Assembly: GCA_027317865.1 (NCBI GenBank)
Contig: DAHVQG010000009.1
Span: 32,001 to 96,000 of the forward strand
Direction: 5' to 3'
Origin: Bdellovibrionales bacterium
GTDB taxonomy: Bacteria > Bdellovibrionota > Bdellovibrionia > Bdellovibrionales > UBA1609
DNA: 64,000 nt
Within the stretch, counting starts at the first letter, position 1, and every line of letters begins with the position of its first letter. Below are positions 44,599 to 54,107 of this stretch, piece after piece. The notes below the pieces were generated by a model. It saw only the letters and a program-made list of their open reading frames with translations, did not search any database and was not told where the DNA came from. The position numbers and the translations under genes were made by a program.

Positions 44599-46932
44599 TC
44601 AGGCAATTTTTTTGGTTTGCTCTTGTAAAGCGTATAATTCATTTTTAAGATTTCTGATTTCGCCACGCAGTTTCTTTTCAATTTTCTTTGCTTGTTTGAG
44701 TTTATCCTCAAGATCCGAACGAATTTGCGAATTGGCTTCAACTTTACGGTTTAAGCTGGAAGCTTCAGTCGTCATTGTTTCGTATTTAAGCATCGCTTCA
44801 TTGGTCTTAAGAATATAAGTTTGCCTATCTTTTCGGAGTTGGTCGGCAATTTCAGTCAGTTTACTAACGGTTTTACGCATTTGCTGCAAGCTGTTTGCGC
44901 TGAGCTCGGATTTTGTCTGAGCGGCGCGACTTGTTTTCTTTAATGCTTCGATTTCGCCAGCAGCACGATCCATTTTATGGGAGAGGTGTTTGTACTTTTG
45001 CTGAGCTTCGTTGAGTTTGCCGGTCAAACTATTTACCTCTGTTTTCAAGCCTCGGATTTCTTCTTGTTTTATTGCAAGCGAGTTTTGAATTTTCTTAAAT
45101 TCGTCGTCCTTCGCCTTTACTATTTCATCGAGGCCCGTGTTGTCTTTCAAAAGTTGCAATTCTTTCGCCGTGAGATTCGCCTGCTGCTGTAGATTTGCAA
45201 CGGTTTCTTTATAGTTTTCAATTTCGTTCTGGCTCGCTTTTAATTGGTTGTTTAAGTTATCCAGCGTATCGTTGTAGGTGTCTTCCGCCGTTTGAAACAT
45301 CTCAACTTTTTCTTCTAGCCCCGTGTTGAGTTTGAAATATTCCGCGTTCTGCTCCTCAAGTTGATTTGATAATTGGCTGTTTTTCTCATTGAGGGCGACC
45401 AATTCTTCGATTTTAAGATTGCTCGCGTCGATGAGTTTCTGAGAATTTTCAAGTTGCGCTTTTAAAACTTCATTCTCCGTTTGGAGCGGCCCGGACTCAA
45501 CAGTAAGGACGGTATCATCGCTTAAGGCGGCACCGTCTTCGCTTGTTACATTGCGAATATCCCCAAGATTTGTAGGTGCATTCTCGCCCGGCGCGGTCTC
45601 AACGGAGCGGGCGACATCATTACTAATAGCTCCGATGTCAGCAAGAAGTTGCGAGTCGACCGCAATATGGTCACCGCCCATATCATCGGTAAGTTTGTTC
45701 GAAACGTTGTGCAATGTATCTGAATTTGCTTTTAAATCGTTAAATTCGACTTCGAATTTCTGAAATTCTTTGTCAATTTCTTTGGCCATCAGCATATCGC
45801 CGCCAGAGAGATTTTTCTTCGCCTGAATTTGAAACACGTACCATTTATCACGAAGCGCTTTAAGTTCTTGGCAATTCGTCTGGTATTTTTTATTGAGGTC
45901 TTGAATTAACAGTTGTTGTTTGATGATTTGGTGCTGAAATATTTTGACGTCATCGCTGGCTGCGGTCATCACGTCATCCAAGTTTAACCGCGCGCTCATA
46001 TATTCTGGAATTTCATCGTACATGCCAACTTGCGGATCTAACGAAATGCGCTGACCGAGGGTTTTTTCAACTTGCCGGATCATCTGGCTGACCGTTTTTG
46101 AAACCATTGCGTGCGGATTTTCTTTTGCAACCTGGGCAAAGGAGGCGATCTGGCCCTTTAGTGAGCGAAGCTTTTTTCGCAATTTTCGAGGGTTAAAATT
46201 TTTGCTCTCCGAATGCGTGTTGAGCTCCAGCATTTCCGTTTCGATAGTTTCGGCCATTTGCTTAAGAAGTTTATTTTCAGGCTGATCGAGGGAGCCTTTG
46301 ATGATAGCGATTTGTTCGCGAAAATGACGACTGAGTCCGCTGATTGTTTCGGGGTCTATGACGTTGTTTTTTGTGAGTTTATCCTCAACGCGAATAAGTT
46401 CGTCATTAATATGAAGCGTACAATCTTCGATAACTTTGCGGTCAGAAAGTTCTTTTATGAGTCCGCGCACGGCCGTTTTTTCTAAGTCCGACACTTCAGA
46501 TTTAATCGCGCGAATGACGTCGCCAATCGGCCCGTCGATTTCGTCTTCGACGGTGATTTTGCCGAAATCTTGCGCGGGCGATGAAAGGGATTTTAATTTA
46601 TATTCAGATTGATCCGGCAGGCCTTCGATTTTGCCATAGTCTTTATTTTCTAGAATTTCTTTACGATAAACCTCTCCTTCTTCTGAAGTTAAGAAATTAT
46701 CGAGATAGCCAAAATAGGTTTGTTTGTCTTCGACGCGCACGTAAATCTTATCCATCGAGTGGCCCTGAAGCTTTTCAAATTTATTTTGCGATAAAGTTTC
46801 ATTTTTGCGCACCCAGAGGATGATCCGATTGCTTTGCCGAAGTAAAATATAACAGTCAAAAGATAACGGATGCTCCGGGCGAAGACATTTGACGTAAACC
46901 GGAAAGAATTCTTCGCTTCTGAATTCGGACAT
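44599..46932 (-). CDS. Long coiled-coil protein with Bd1817-type N-terminal domain
   Basis: N-terminal about 80 aa align by eye with the N-domain of 34043-34990; remainder heptad-rich E/K/Q/L. Confidence 0.8.
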   Translation of the reverse strand: MSEFRSEEFFPVYVKCLRPEHPLSFDCYILLRQSNRIILWVRKNETLSQNKFEKLQGHSMDKIYVRVEDKQTYFGYLDNFLTSEEGEVYRKEILENKDYGKIEGLPDQSEYKLKSLSSPAQDFGKITVEDEIDGPIGDVIRAIKSEVSDLEKTAVRGLIKELSDRKVIEDCTLHINDELIRVEDKLTKNNVIDPETISGLSRHFREQIAIIKGSLDQPENKLLKQMAETIETEMLELNTHSESKNFNPRKLRKKLRSLKGQIASFAQVAKENPHAMVSKTVSQMIRQVEKTLGQRISLDPQVGMYDEIPEYMSARLNLDDVMTAASDDVKIFQHQIIKQQLLIQDLNKKYQTNCQELKALRDKWYVFQIQAKKNLSGGDMLMAKEIDKEFQKFEVEFNDLKANSDTLHNVSNKLTDDMGGDHIAVDSQLLADIGAISNDVARSVETAPGENAPTNLGDIRNVTSEDGAALSDDTVLTVESGPLQTENEVLKAQLENSQKLIDASNLKIEELVALNEKNSQLSNQLEEQNAEYFKLNTGLEEKVEMFQTAEDTYNDTLDNLNNQLKASQNEIENYKETVANLQQQANLTAKELQLLKDNTGLDEIVKAKDDEFKKIQNSLAIKQEEIRGLKTEVNSLTGKLNEAQQKYKHLSHKMDRAAGEIEALKKTSRAAQTKSELSANSLQQMRKTVSKLTEIADQLRKDRQTYILKTNEAMLKYETMTTEASSLNRKVEANSQIRSDLEDKLKQAKKIEKKLRGEIRNLKNELYALQEQTKKIA

Positions 46933-47181
46933 TTCACCACCGTCAGATTATTCTTTCGGTATTTGTAGCGTGCCGCGATAGGGGATTGTTGCATTTATTG
47001 TACTGCAATAGACGTAAGACCAGCGGTCTGACGGCGGTTTTATCTGCGCTGTTTTGCTTTACCAGGGTTTCAAAATGCACATACGCGGCTGTGAACGTGG
47101 GCAACAATTTCAAAAAATGCCATTCTTCTAGACAAAACGGCTGGCGTTATGGCTCATTAAGGTCATCTCCGGGGGGGGGAT

Positions 47182-47868
47182 ATGGGTAAGATTATTGCGA
47201 TATTCGTGGTGGTATTTTCAGCAATCTCTGCGCCGGGTTTAAACTCCAGTGCACGTGAACCGGGATCATTTCGTTTAACAAAGGAGCTGAAGACTGAACC
47301 GATTGTCGGTCCGGATTGGACTCGCGCTTTTATTCAAAAGCATTACCATATACAGTTTCTAGCGTTCGGATTGACAGACGCAATGCAAATTCTTGTCAAT
47401 GAGACGCCGTTCGGTGGGGTTTCAAATTTATTATACGATATCTACGACAAATCGAGCCCGACAGAAATTCGCTTAGCAGCTAACGTGTGCCTGACTTTGC
47501 ATAATACCTGGGAGCAAATTGTTTGCGCCCATAAAGCGGCTGAGAAAATCGGTTATGCGAACCCGAATTTTGACGTAAAAGGGCTTTGTCGCGTACTGGC
47601 TTTAGCGTTTCGATCGGTGATGAACGAAATCAATAACCCGAATGTATTTGTCGGGCAAATAGGCATTATAGCACGTGACCAAAGCGGCAATATTTGGGGG
47701 CACAACCTTGATCGCATTACAGTGCGGTCTGTAACCGGCATGACTTATGCGTACGCGGTCGATGATGAGTCGGGTAACGGGCCGATCGTCATCTATCCGC
47801 TTTCTTTATCGGCGAAACAGTTCAAAAAAAGGTATGGGTCTCTGCTCCCGCACCTTTCGAACTTTTGA
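47182..47868 (+). CDS. Secreted transglutaminase-like protein (putative)
   Basis: Signal peptide; GLCRVLALAF...GHNL...YAVD in Cys-His-Asp order. Confidence 0.6.
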   Translation: MGKIIAIFVVVFSAISAPGLNSSAREPGSFRLTKELKTEPIVGPDWTRAFIQKHYHIQFLAFGLTDAMQILVNETPFGGVSNLLYDIYDKSSPTEIRLAANVCLTLHNTWEQIVCAHKAAEKIGYANPNFDVKGLCRVLALAFRSVMNEINNPNVFVGQIGIIARDQSGNIWGHNLDRITVRSVTGMTYAYAVDDESGNGPIVIYPLSLSAKQFKKRYGSLLPHLSNF

Positions 47869-47988
47869 TGTCACATAAATTGTGGGTGAGTTAACTCATC
47901 AAGATTGTCAAAATTATATTTAAAGTGAAGAATTATAATTGTCGGCGCTTGTTTTGGTTCATGAAATAAAATTGTAAGGGAGGGCAAA

Positions 47989-48540
47989 TTGAAAATATGG
48001 TTGAGTAGCCTTTTATTATTCACCTTGACGGCGACAACGGCCATGGCATGGCCAAGAGTTGGCGACGATGCACACTACCTCATGAGCACGACCGGGGGGC
48101 CTGTGCCGATGAGCGGTACGGCCGAATTGACTGTAACGGGAATCGACGCCAGTCAAAATCTTATTCGTATTCGCATGACAGCGTATATTGCCGGTTACAC
48201 CGAGTCGAAAGAAGCCATCGATAAACTCAGCGATGCTAAAAATCTGGCTAAATTGGTACCGGAACTCGTCGCTCATTGCGACGCTCACAACGGTACTTCC
48301 GTTCAACTTGCCACTCCTGCCGGAGTTTTTTCGACCTGTAAAATTTCATCAGATCAGGGAGATAAAGTGGTCACAACTTGGTATGCCAATGTTGTTTTTG
48401 GATATGCCAAACAAACAGTATTGACTCGCACGGCGGGGATTACGCAAGCGATGATTTTGCAGTCATTTACTAACGGCACAAATTCCGGATTGCCGCACAA
48501 ATCGAGTTGTGACCGTGACGGCGGGCTGAAGCTTAAATAA
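47989..48540 (+). CDS. Secreted hypothetical protein (DUF3108-like)
   Basis: SD GGAGG, signal peptide ending AMA, TPAGVF.TCKI...WYA motif. Confidence 0.7.
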   Translation: MKIWLSSLLLFTLTATTAMAWPRVGDDAHYLMSTTGGPVPMSGTAELTVTGIDASQNLIRIRMTAYIAGYTESKEAIDKLSDAKNLAKLVPELVAHCDAHNGTSVQLATPAGVFSTCKISSDQGDKVVTTWYANVVFGYAKQTVLTRTAGITQAMILQSFTNGTNSGLPHKSSCDRDGGLKLK

Positions 48541-48547
48541 ACGGGTA

Positions 48548-48748
48548 TTATTTGTTATTGGATTTAACGAGTCGATTGTTGGGCTGCGGTGGATTGTGAC
48601 TCACAACGTTCGGCTTAGACGGTACAGTAGCTGAAGCCTTTGGGTGGATGGACAAAATAGCCATTACGACGATCCCGACGAAAACTGCGACCATAATCCA
48701 AAAAAAAATGTAATCGCGAGAATTATTATTCACGTTTTTCATCTCCAT
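48548..48748 (-). CDS. Small single-TM protein
   Basis: SD AAGGA, one hydrophobic helix. Confidence 0.6.
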   Translation of the reverse strand: MEMKNVNNNSRDYIFFWIMVAVFVGIVVMAILSIHPKASATVPSKPNVVSHNPPQPNNRLVKSNNK

Positions 48749-48821
48749 ACTAGAATCCTTTTAAACTCCGGCGGCGCTTAAGTCGACTGAATTGTTAATT
48801 TCGTCAATTCCTTCAAATCAG

Positions 48822-49268
48822 TCATCGTCGAATCCATTTGATATTCACGTCGTCGGCCCAATGTAGAAAAATTTTAGAGAAATGACGGAATTCGCCGAGA
48901 TTTGAAGTAACAAGTGTTGAGATCACAGTCAGGGTAGCGGCTTCGTCTTGACTACCATAAAAAAGCTCCGCAGCCCCGAAGTCTTGGTTTACCTCTGTTA
49001 AGTCAAACCATACCGGCTCAGATACGCTTTTTATGTCATCCTCCAAATATCCAAAATCATTTTGGGCCACAACTTTTTTTATAGTTGATTCGAAGTCATT
49101 GAACGTAGTGAACGCGTGAAATACCAAATATAGCGACGGCGATTTGCCATTGGCCGTTGAGGTGTCGAACCAAAACTCAAGAATGTCTTGCCCTTGCGAA
49201 ACTGGCAAAAATTGTTTTATTGCCGCTTCTAGTCGGCCCCATTCGTTCTTCATATTTAGACTTTGCAA
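48822..49268 (-). CDS. Hypothetical protein (acidic)
   Basis: 148-aa ORF, no recognised motif; start uncertain. Confidence 0.6.
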   Translation of the reverse strand: MQSLNMKNEWGRLEAAIKQFLPVSQGQDILEFWFDTSTANGKSPSLYLVFHAFTTFNDFESTIKKVVAQNDFGYLEDDIKSVSEPVWFDLTEVNQDFGAAELFYGSQDEAATLTVISTLVTSNLGEFRHFSKIFLHWADDVNIKWIRR

Positions 49269-49587
49269 TGTAACAGACTTATGTGCTGTACGCCAACCTG
49301 CCTGTTCAACGAATTAATCTATGCTGTAATTTTCAAGGTGTCCAGAGGACGCATTTCGAGCCGCCGCAATCAGATAGTTGGACGCACGAAAGGTCCGCTG
49401 CTTTGATTTGTTCAGCTAGAGTCTCGTCGACGCATAAGTGCGCCATAAGTAAGCTATGAATGGTGCGAAAATGCGCCACTTGGCATGTCCAAATTAAGAA
49501 TACCTATAATTGTACGGTGAATTTTGTCTCCACGATTGATTTCATGTATATTTTGTCTATGGCAGAAATTTAAAGTGAGTGAAAGAC

Positions 49588-50487
49588 ATGAAACGAGCTG
49601 CAACTCTAATCATAATGATGACCGCAATGAGTTTTTGGATGCCCGGGACCGCATTTGCAACACCGGCGTCAGACACGGGCAATCACGCTGCTTTACAATT
49701 GACTGAAGAACTTCAGAATTGTAACCGCATTTTAAACTCGGGGAGTGACAAACCTCTTCTCGCATTTATTAGAATGTTTACTGATTACGTTCCGGTCGTA
49801 TTGGAGCATCCAGATGATAGCGCGGCTAAACGGTTTGCAAAATTTAGCGGCCGCTACGGGATGCTCGCATTTCTGACGCGTCAACCAAACGGCGAGTATG
49901 AAGTTGTTGTTGGTAACCCAAATGAGAAAATGGAAGCCGGTAAGCGGGTCGTGATTACTCAAGTCGACGGTCATGTCATTCGAATTCCTTTGGAAAGCAT
50001 TTTTGCATTTACCGCTAAAGACACGCAAAATCGCACTATATTTTTTAATCATACGTTTCCGGTTGCGCATACGGGCCACCAAAATTCGTGGAAGTCCAAT
50101 CGTTATGTGCAAACATTATTTGCCGAGGCGGTCTCCGCTCCAAAGGGGGATGTGAATTTACAAAAGCGAATCAATAAATATTTTCGCTGGTTGAACAGTT
50201 TAGCGAAGCGAAATAAACAACTTGCCGTACTCGTTCGAGAAGCGCCATCGCGCGGAGAAGTCTTATTGATCGGTGTTGTTGTGCCTGTGCTAAGCCAAGT
50301 AAACGGTTACAGTGCCATTGAGGCTCTCGATATAAAATCGCCCAGCGGATTAGTGACCCGGTATTCGATCGCACACAGTCAGTACGCAACTGGGGTTATA
50401 ATGATGACCAATGATCCGATAAGCAAGTTGACAGCCAAGACCGAGTCTCAACTGCAATACGATTTTAATAAACTTCAATTGAGATGA
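49588..50487 (+). CDS. Secreted hypothetical protein
   Basis: Signal peptide ending AFA; about 300-aa ORF. Confidence 0.75.
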   Translation: MKRAATLIIMMTAMSFWMPGTAFATPASDTGNHAALQLTEELQNCNRILNSGSDKPLLAFIRMFTDYVPVVLEHPDDSAAKRFAKFSGRYGMLAFLTRQPNGEYEVVVGNPNEKMEAGKRVVITQVDGHVIRIPLESIFAFTAKDTQNRTIFFNHTFPVAHTGHQNSWKSNRYVQTLFAEAVSAPKGDVNLQKRINKYFRWLNSLAKRNKQLAVLVREAPSRGEVLLIGVVVPVLSQVNGYSAIEALDIKSPSGLVTRYSIAHSQYATGVIMMTNDPISKLTAKTESQLQYDFNKLQLR

Positions 50488-50631
50488 CCTAGGCGTGCCT
50501 TAGACTCTCGTCTAAATTATTACGGTTAAAATAAAAACGTCATTGCGACACAAGACATACGTCTGTCGCAGATATGCCGCGGCACTGTTATAAAAATGGC
50601 CAACGGTAAATGGCGTGATATCCTAAAGATG

Positions 50632-51966
50632 ATGAAACGATTCAATTGGGCAAGCCGCCCCGTTTTACTAGCCTTCTTAATACTAAATATTTTCACTTTA
50701 TGTGGATTTAAGCCGCTTAAAGTACTAACGCTCAATTTTAATTCCGAAATTGTGCCAAGCGATTCGCACAGCCACCTGCGGGATTTACGTTTTCACGCGC
50801 TCAGCGACTGGATTCGAAAAAATAATCCCGACATTATTTTACTCCAAGAAGCGTGGAATTATCATGATGATCCGTCGGTAGCGGTCACTCTTGCCCGCGA
50901 ACTGGGTTACACAGTCGCTTATCGCCTCGGCATGGGCGTGACGGGGTATCTCGTCGACAGCGACGCGATACTTGCGAAAAAAAGTTTGAAGATGACGAAC
51001 GAAAAAGACCTCAAATTGCCTCATAGCGCGTTTGAGCTTGGCGACGGCAAATCATGGGTCATTTGCTTTGGCTCCGTCAGTTGGGCGGTCGGAGTGACCA
51101 TGACCGGCCCGGACGGTAAGCCGCTTTTTGTTTATAGTACCCATCTCATCGGCTCGACACTTCGCGATCGCGCCGATCAAGCTCGCGCAATATATAATGA
51201 CGTTCGAAAACGAGCTGCGAAAGCTGGCGTAAATTGGCAGAACGCACACGTTATTATTGGCGGCGATTTCAATTCTCAGCCATGGGACCCGGCGCCGGGG
51301 GTTTTTAAGCACGCCGGTTTTTTAGATAGTTTTGCCTTTGACCATCCTGATAATCAGAGCTGCAGCAATTGCGCTAATTACACGCAACCCTATTTTAATC
51401 CTACGACACTTGGCGGGGATATGGTTCCGTCGCAAAATAGTTTAACGAGTGATCCGCGGTTTGATTATATTTTTAGTCGTGGCCAGGATCTTAAACCCCT
51501 GGCGAGCACTCTCGTGTTTACTGGTCCTATCGACGGAGCCTGGATGAGCGATCACTACGGAATTTTTTCGGCATTCGGCCCGGCGAATTCGCCTGCTATC
51601 CCTGATCCTGTACACGATACAGTTTTACCTGAACCGGATCCGCAAGTAATAAATGTAACTGATCGAGATCTCTATTGTAATGATTCTTCTAGTTTTGCCT
51701 GTCGCGTACATCTTGCGCCGATCCATCCCGTCATTGGCGCAACGGGCGTGGTCATTCACAACAGTTCAGATTTCGTCATTTCGGTTCACTTTTTTGGCAG
51801 GGGTGAAATCTTCACATCTCCACATGCTTCTCTAAACCCAAACCAATCCGCTGCCTTTACTTTTAAATCACCAGGTAGTTACCGTTACACGGTCGGAGCG
51901 GTCACTGTCGACAATAATTACGATGCTCGTGCAATGGGCAACCTAACCGTGTCGTCTGGTTATTAA
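50632..51966 (+). CDS. Endonuclease/exonuclease/phosphatase family with cupredoxin-like C-terminus
   Basis: VLTLN, DIILLQE, STHL, GGDFN, RFDYIF, SDH; C-terminal LNPNQS..FTF..PGSY.Y..MG.L.V. Confidence 0.88.
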   Translation: MKRFNWASRPVLLAFLILNIFTLCGFKPLKVLTLNFNSEIVPSDSHSHLRDLRFHALSDWIRKNNPDIILLQEAWNYHDDPSVAVTLARELGYTVAYRLGMGVTGYLVDSDAILAKKSLKMTNEKDLKLPHSAFELGDGKSWVICFGSVSWAVGVTMTGPDGKPLFVYSTHLIGSTLRDRADQARAIYNDVRKRAAKAGVNWQNAHVIIGGDFNSQPWDPAPGVFKHAGFLDSFAFDHPDNQSCSNCANYTQPYFNPTTLGGDMVPSQNSLTSDPRFDYIFSRGQDLKPLASTLVFTGPIDGAWMSDHYGIFSAFGPANSPAIPDPVHDTVLPEPDPQVINVTDRDLYCNDSSSFACRVHLAPIHPVIGATGVVIHNSSDFVISVHFFGRGEIFTSPHASLNPNQSAAFTFKSPGSYRYTVGAVTVDNNYDARAMGNLTVSSGY

Positions 51967-52053
51967 GTAATATAGAACTATAATTCAGCCGTCCCTTCCT
52001 GGCATTTGACATTTAAAAATATTGTATCAATTTAGCAGTTAGGAGGCGTCACC

Positions 52054-53307
52054 ATGCCAAAAAAAGAAATAGCGCGGATTATGAGCGGGTTTCAAGAATT
52101 TCGCGAGAAATATTACACGACGAATGATTCGCTATATCGAAAGTTCGCAACCGGCTGGCAAGGACCAAAATCGCTGATCATCGGGTGTTGTGACTCACGT
52201 GTTGATCCCGCAATTATCGCTTCAGCCGGACCAGGCGACCTATTTGTTGTACGAAATGTCGCCAATCTTGTGCCTCCATATGAGCGCGACAGCGGGCATC
52301 ACGGCGTGAGTGCTGCAATCGAGTATGCTGTTTTAAATTTGAAAGTGGAACATGTGATTGTACTCGGGCACAGGCAATGCGGGGGCATTCGCGCGTTGGT
52401 ATTCCCAGAAGAAACTGCGCCGAACGGGTTTGTTCAACAGTGGGTGAAAATGGCGGAGCCAGCCAAACTGCGCGCACTTAATGCGCAAGGTTCGGGGGAC
52501 CGCGATCAATTATGCAGGCGGTGTGAACTTGAAAGCATAAAAATATCAATTGAAAATTTGCGAACATTTCCGTTTGTTGCCGATGCTGTAAAGGCAGGGA
52601 GGCTGTCATTGCTCGGGCTTTATTTTGATATCGAAAAAGGAGAACTGCTGGAACTCAACGAACCGAGCGGCGAGTTTTCGATCATGAAGCCCGACTCGTC
52701 GAGAACAAACGCCGACTGGGATGAGCGTTACAGTCAGAGCGGTTTCTTTTTTGGTACGGAACCCAATGACTTTCTCGTGGAGAACGCCGGCCTGTTTAAA
52801 AAAAATATGCGTGTTCTCTGTTTGGCCGATGGTGAGGGTCGCAATTCAGTTTTCATTGCAAAGCAGGGTTGCCAGGTCACGGCCGTCGATTTTTCTTCGG
52901 TTGCGATTGAAAAGATGAAAGCTTTTGCCAAGAAGAACGGTGTTCAAGTTGAGGGTATTTGCGCCGATTTGAATGATTTTGATCTCGGCACGAAAAAATG
53001 GGACGCCGTCGTTTCAATTTGGTGCCATTTGCCGAGCGTAATTCGTAAAAAACTCCATCAAAGAGTCGTTCAATCGCTCAAACCTTCGGGAATTTATTTG
53101 CTAGAATCGTACACCCCCAATCAAATCGGAAAGGCAACAGGCGGGCCAAAAGATCCGGACATGCTGCTGGATGAAGCAAAGGTTAAAGAAGAACTTGCGC
53201 CGTTAAAAACGGTAAAGCTTATCGAAACCGAGCGAGAAGTACATGAGGGCGCACGGCACAATGGGCTTAGCTCTGTGATTCAGCTCGTGGCGCAAAAGCT
53301 TATCTAA
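52054..53307 (+). CDS. Beta-carbonic anhydrase fused to class I SAM-dependent methyltransferase
   Basis: CCDSRV, RNVAN, GH.QCGG (beta-CA); then WDERY...GTEPNDFL, LADGEGRN, VDFS; SD AGGAGG. Confidence 0.9.
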   Translation: MPKKEIARIMSGFQEFREKYYTTNDSLYRKFATGWQGPKSLIIGCCDSRVDPAIIASAGPGDLFVVRNVANLVPPYERDSGHHGVSAAIEYAVLNLKVEHVIVLGHRQCGGIRALVFPEETAPNGFVQQWVKMAEPAKLRALNAQGSGDRDQLCRRCELESIKISIENLRTFPFVADAVKAGRLSLLGLYFDIEKGELLELNEPSGEFSIMKPDSSRTNADWDERYSQSGFFFGTEPNDFLVENAGLFKKNMRVLCLADGEGRNSVFIAKQGCQVTAVDFSSVAIEKMKAFAKKNGVQVEGICADLNDFDLGTKKWDAVVSIWCHLPSVIRKKLHQRVVQSLKPSGIYLLESYTPNQIGKATGGPKDPDMLLDEAKVKEELAPLKTVKLIETEREVHEGARHNGLSSVIQLVAQKLI

Positions 53308-53782
53308 GCACTTTCATTAGCATGGCAACCCGAATGGTGCCACCTTTGGTATCTTGTTGGCCCACTTCGTGAAATCCAATTTTTTGATGAAAATGATACG
53401 ATTGCGGATTCGGTGGAGAGACGTTGACCTCACACATTAAATTTCGAACTCGTTCGATGAAATTCCTTTCGACATTTTCGTAAAGCGATTTGCCAATTCC
53501 GCGACCGTGAGACTTTTCGGCTATTGCAATTCTGTCAATGTAAAGAAAATCAGTATAGCGTTTTTTAAACCATAAGAAATTTTCGCTCCCGTAGTCGCAG
53601 TCGGGGAGCATCCCTACTATAAATCCGAGCACTTCGTTGCCGTCGACAAAAACATCAAAGACGTCGGCTACATCGCAATATTTTTCAAGCCATTTTATAT
53701 CAACCCGACTCACCTTCGGGACGAAGGTTTCGTTGAGCAAAAGGATCTTATCTAGGTCATTTTTTTGCGCGGGCCGAATCAT
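53300..53782 (-). CDS. GNAT acetyltransferase
   Basis: Y.SENF.WF, YIDRI...GRGIG, CEVN..PPN..S..FH..GF. Confidence 0.9.
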   Translation of the reverse strand: MIRPAQKNDLDKILLLNETFVPKVSRVDIKWLEKYCDVADVFDVFVDGNEVLGFIVGMLPDCDYGSENFLWFKKRYTDFLYIDRIAIAEKSHGRGIGKSLYENVERNFIERVRNLMCEVNVSPPNPQSYHFHQKIGFHEVGQQDTKGGTIRVAMLMKVLR

Positions 53783-54107
53783 GACTCTGTTATTGTACAT
53801 TAGACATCATTGATTTCAAGTTGTGTTCGGGTCGCGGTAGTCGTTACAAGCGAGACCGTCAAACATCGATTTTGCTGTGTCGAATCCTAAGAAACTTAAG
53901 CTCGCAAATCGCGTGTACTTGTAACAATTCGCCAGTTTTATGACCTTACAAAACGCCGCAATTACAATTCCTTTTAGATTCTATAACCGCAATCGGCGAA
54001 AGCGTTCAACAATACAGCATTTTGAATATTATTCGTATTTGCAAAACAACCTAAATGTGAGACCACTAAGCTCAAGCCACAAAAATGGATAAGGTGGGGG
54101 ATACCAA

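Noticed and set aside
46954-46985. Sigma28 promoter for the coiled-coil gene
   Set aside because: A -10-like ACCGAAAG is present but there is no TAAA-like -35 at the right spacing
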